64,000 nt of DNA from Octopus sinensis (taxonomy: Eukaryota), in NCBI RefSeq assembly GCF_006345805.1, contig NC_042999.1:149730001-149794000 (forward strand). The letters run 5' to 3'. Within the stretch, counting starts at the first letter, position 1. Each line of letters begins with the position of its first letter. A model generated the notes under the pieces. The model made no database searches, was not told the origin of the DNA, and worked only from the letters and a program-made list of their open reading frames with translations. Shown here piece after piece: positions 59,191 to 64,000 of this stretch. A program made the position numbers and the translations under genes.

Positions 59191-61007
59191 GTGAGAGAGC
59201 TGAGCTTGCCATCAAAGTGATACTGGGGTAAAATATACAAAGCCCAGTATATGCATCATAACTACCCGTCTGATAAGGGTACACCAGATACATGCATTAC
59301 AACTATATGTGCACAACATGGTGATCTCACATCAAAATAAACAGCACATGACCTTGCAAGTGGGGCCCAGTTAAAATTTTCTTCGGGTCAAGTAACCCAT
59401 CCCACTTAAATGGTCCGTGAATAAGGGTTGTTTAAACATAAAACAGGTAGAATATTTGGATCAGATATGGCCGGCTTGAATGCTAAATGGTTAAAAGCAG
59501 TGAGAGATTAAGCCTACCACCCAAGAACAGGTTTCTGCCCACCCACTTTTATTCTCAAGGTTTAAGTTGACCCAGAGGCTGTAGTAAAAAAGATTTGTCC
59601 AAGGGTGAACCCGAAACCAAATACTTGTAAAATGAAATTCTTAAACGCCACAGCTATAGCAAGGAAATAGAAATAGTTAACTAACACTACGATTAAGGCA
59701 GCGAGGTGACAGAATTGTTAGCACACTGGGCAAAATGCTTAGCAGTATTTCACCCATCTTTACGTTCTGAGTTCAAATTCTGCCTTTCATCCTTTCAGGG
59801 GTTGATAAATTAAGTACCAGTGAAATACTGGAGGTCTATGTAATTGACTAGTCCCCACCCACCAAATTTGAGGCCTTGTGCTACCAATAGAAAGGATTAC
59901 AATCATCATCATTGCTTACATGGGGTCAGGTGGAGATTTCCTAGGCTGGATGCCCTTTCCTGTTGCCAACTCTTTCTTACCTGTTTCCAGGCCAGACATA
60001 TTTTCATTCATCATCATCATCATCATTGTTTAACGTCCATTTTCCATGCTGGCATGGGTTGGACGGTTTGACTGGGGTCTGTGAAGCCAGGAGGCTGCAC
60101 CAGGCCCCAATCTGATCTGGCAGTGTTTCTACAGCTGGATGCCCTTCCTAACACCAACCACTCCAAGAGTGTAGTGGGTGCTTTTTACATGCCACAAGGG
60201 GCCAGAGGAACTGGCATCGACCACAATCAGATGCTGCTTTTTACATGACACCGGCACAGAAGCCAGTCAAGGTGGCACTGGCATCAACTATGTTCAGACG
60301 GTGCCTTTTACATGATACCGGCACAGAACTAAGACAAGGAAACAAACATATGCATACATTCATACACCTACACACACGACAGGCTTTTCCATTTCAGGCA
60401 ACCAGATCCACTTACAAGGCTTTGGTGTCATCCTGGAGAAGACACTTGCCTAAGGTGCCACAATGCAAATAAACCTAAAACCATGTAGTTGGGAAGCAAA
60501 CTTCTTAACCAAGTGCACCTATCCAATACCTGTACCTATGATTAAATTGAAAATTATTTAAAATAATATCGTAATATGCTTGAAGTTTTGTAGTATGTGT
60601 AAATGAGATGTTTGCAAATACTTTAGGGAATTGTTTTCTGAATTATTATAAGCTCATTAAACAACATACATAGGATAATACCAGATCTTTTCTCTGTATT
60701 TTCATTCATTGATATCACCTTACTTCTTTTGCTTAACTCCTCACCTGCATTATTTGTGGTTTGCTGTGACAGATACCCTAGTTTTAGATTAGATAATAGG
60801 TGCACTGTATTCCTGCCTGATGTAAGAAGGGTGCTAAAAAATATAGGTAACAAGAAGGGCATCTGATTGTAAAAACATTACCTAAAAGTTGGTAACTATG
60901 ATGAGTATGATTAAACTGTTATGAGACCCACAAGACTAATAATCCTAATTGTTGCAAAGAAAACAGCCTTAAAATGTTTGCTGTACCGATGGGAAATATA
61001 GACTTAC

Positions 61008-61100
61008 CAATTCATCATAGAATTCACAAACTAATGATTTCTTTCCCAACATAATGTCTGTCTCACTTTGGAATAATTTTAATAAATGATACAGTGTTAC
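61008..61100 (-). CDS. YEATS4: YEATS4 internal exon (end of the YEATS domain); upstream exons lie outside the window
   Basis: Acceptor tttttctttcag; [31 protein letters not shown]; donor gtaagt; 93 nt, phase 0-0. Confidence 0.96.
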
Positions 61101-63255
61101 CTGAAAGAAAAAGAGAAAAAAAATATTAAAAAAACAAGTCAATAGAATGAGGTGTGATTTGGTGGATGGGGATGGAAGAAAAATTGAAAAGGGTCTTTCA
61201 AAGTACCATATTTTAACACACATAAGGAACCCTTTTTTTGTCAAAAATTAGGTTAAAAAATATGGGAGTTTCTTATACATGGATAGTATTATAATCCCTT
61301 ACAAAACCTTTTTTCCAAATTTTAAGCCCAGAAAATTAGGGGTTTCTTTATACACAAGGGTTCTTTATACACGTTAAAATACAGTAATTTGTCTTGTGAA
61401 ATCTGCATCAACCAAAATCTAAAAAATACCTAGCAGGATTTCAGTTAGTTTTAATAACAGCTAAGGACACTTCATAGATGATAGAATGGTCTACGAATAG
61501 GACATGTTAATAAATACGTTTCCTAATGTTAACCACTGGAATATTATTATTAAATGATACAGATTTTCAAAAAGGGTTCTTTGAACAAATTACTGGACCT
61601 CATAAATTCTGTGCCATGTAAAAAGCACCCTGTACATTCTGTAAAATGGTTCATGTTAGGAAGGACATACAGCCATAGAAAGCCATTCCAAAACAGATAA
61701 TTGAGGCCTGGTACAGCTCCCCAGGTGTTCAGTTCTGGTCAAACTGTCCAACCCATGCCAGCATGAACAACAGACATTAAATGATGATAATGATGGACAT
61801 ATCAGAACAGTTAACTGCAATTATAATAGCCATCTATGTATCATGCTTAATTACAGTTTAAAATACTATAGTTTTTGTCCAAGATAAAATCTCTTATAGA
61901 CATACTGTCATAAAAAAACATGACATATTTGAAGGAAGACATAAAACTGTCTTGGCAGTGGCAAGAAAGAATACCAGATGCATTTTTGTCTTCTTGAGCA
62001 TTGTCAATGAAGTGTTCTTGTTAGTCACACGCCTTAGAGGAAATTTGTTGCTTCCTATATAGGAAACAATGAATAATGAATAACTGCCAGGCTGTATAAA
62101 AATCTGGTGTACACACTCGAAGCAGCATTAAATTAAAATAGCCAACCAAATTCGATGACTGGCACCCGTGCCAGTGGAGTGCTAACAGCTCCATCCGAGC
62201 GGGATCACTGCCAGAGCAGCTGTTTGGCTTTCGTGCCGGTGGCATGTAAAAAGCACCATTTGAGCGTGATTGATACCAGCATCACTTTACTGGCACTTGT
62301 GCAGGTGGCACATGAACAGAACATTCGAGTGAGTTCGTTGCCAGTGCCGCTGGACTGACTCCTGTGCAGGTGGCATGTAAAAAACACCATTTCGAGTGTG
62401 GCCGTTACCAGTACCGCCAGACTGGCCCTCATGCCGGTGGCACGTAAAAGCACCCACTACTCTCTCGGAGTGGTTGGCGTTAGGAAGGGCATCCAGCTGT
62501 AGAAACTCTGCCAAATCAGATTGGAGCCTGGCGCAGCCATCTGGTTCGCCAGTCCTCAGTCAAATCGTCCAACTCATGCTAGCATGGAAAGCAGACGTTA
62601 AATGATGATGATGATGATGATGAATAAAGCAAGAAGGCAACAAAGCATCAATGTTCTCCCTAGCCACTGTCAGGAGGATTTGTCATCTTCCTCCAGTTTA
62701 ACACAGCACATTCATAACAGTATAGAGGTAGACCACAATATCTTGCCTGTCAACGGTGTATATATGATAAATATGATACAAAGTAGGATATATTAATTTA
62801 ATATTGCTTCAATTGCATACAAAAGATTTTTAACACCAATTATACCCAAGGGATAAAAATCATTTCTCAAGAACTACAAGGAATTGTTTCCAATGTTAGA
62901 CCATTTTTCCGGGGTTGATATAATCAACTGTAAATTCCATCAAATGTGTGACCTCATGGCCATGTTAAAAACCAATATTATAATCAAACATTCAGCAGTG
63001 ACCTCAGTGAAATTTGACAATCTCGAAGACTATTCTATTTGTTCTAACTGGCCTATTCCATGACTATTGAGTGTAGTAATTTTGCTAACAGAAAAAACAC
63101 TACCACCAAATGACATGGGAGACCACCCTGCTTTACTTAATTCACTGCTTCAACAAGACACCTGCTCCTGTTCCTCTATTATACTTTCATATTGCACAAT
63201 AGTATATTCCACTCAGTTGAGGGTTCTTGTCTTGTGAGTACTCGGTGACCTCACC

Positions 63256-63494
63256 AGTATTGATGCCATGAAAGGCGGCGAGCTGGCAGAAACGTTAGCA
63301 TGCCGGGCGAAATGCTTTGCAGTATTTCATCTGTCTTTATGTTCTGAGTTCAAATTATGCCGAGGTCGATTTTGCCTTTCATCCTTTCAGAGTACCAGTT
63401 ACGCACTGGGGTCGATGTAATCGACTTAATACCTTTGTCTGTCCTTGTTTGTCCCCTTGTGGGCAATAAAGAAATAAGTATTGATGCCATGAAA
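63256..63494 (+). mobile_element. SINE family A copy with 18-bp TSD
   Basis: agtattgatgccatgaaa at 63256-63273 and 63477-63494. Confidence 0.85.
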
Positions 63495-64000
63495 AAGCAC
63501 CCAGCTGTAAAAACCATGCCAACCCATGCCGGCATGGAAAAGGGACATTAAATGATGATGATGATGATAGCAGGCTATTTCAACATCATCATATTTTGGG
63601 ATGATATCTCACTGTCAATAAAGACATCAGTTGTGGCCTATTCTGGGTTTGGTTATATTATAAATGGTGTGCTTCTTGGCAGTACAACTTTCCTTGTGAA
63701 CAAGAATGCTAAAGTGTTAGACCAATTATGTAAATATTACTGTAGGTGTGCTGTGTATAAGAAGCTTGCTTCTCAACTACATGGTTCCAGGTTCAGTCCC
63801 ACTGTGTGACACCTTGGGCAAAAGTCTTGTTATAGCTTGGAGCCGACCAAAGCCTTGTGAGTGGATTTGGTAGATAGAAACTGAAAGAAGCATGTCGTGT
63901 GTGTGTGTCTCCCACCAATACTTGACAACTGGTGCTGGTGTTAAAATCCCTGTAACTTAGCAAAAGAGACCAATAGAATAAGTAACCAGGCTTAAACATT

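Noticed and set aside
61101-64000. Search for the preceding YEATS4 exon (GWGEFE motif)
   Set aside because: Not found on the minus strand; it presumably lies beyond the window.
1-64000. CRISPR array or prokaryotic operon
   Set aside because: The recurring repeats are dispersed SINE/MITE copies without regular spacers, and the genes are intron-containing eukaryotic genes.

Overview
AT-rich, repeat-dense animal genomic DNA with no prokaryotic features and no CRISPR array. The SINE families and microsatellite load look like an octopod cephalopod (Octopus); this is recalled, not searched. Three spliced genes can be assembled by hand from GT-AG boundaries and reading frame. (1) RSL24D1/RLP24 on the + strand is complete: 5 coding exons, 6591-13048, 163 aa. 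(2) A three-exon Ly6/uPAR (three-finger, Quiver/Sleepless-like) gene on the + strand, 29607-49948, 217 aa, encodes a signal peptide, a 10-Cys LU domain, an acidic Asn-rich stalk and a GPI-type C-terminus. (3) The last three coding exons of YEATS4/GAS41 lie on the - strand (61100-57429) and carry a ~70-aa Ser/Thr-rich C-terminal extension; its 5' exons lie beyond the window. The rest is transposon-derived: a DD40/41D-type Tc1/mariner nested in a mariner, a Penelope GIY-YIG fragment, RTE, R4/Dong-like, Tx1/L1, CR1 and I-like LINE fragments, Gypsy integrase remnants, Helentron/Helitron-like and TIR MITEs, and at least five SINE-like families. The best leads are the Ly6 gene and a possible divergent secreted-protein remnant, a SINE that seems to carry its own insertion target and builds dimers, a Tx1 LINE inserted at the predicted start site of a promoter-like repeat, an iterated pseudoknot-like module in an RTE-linked repeat, and the YEATS4 tail. 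Repeat family names come from motif recognition and need a database check; SINE coordinates without TSDs are approximate.
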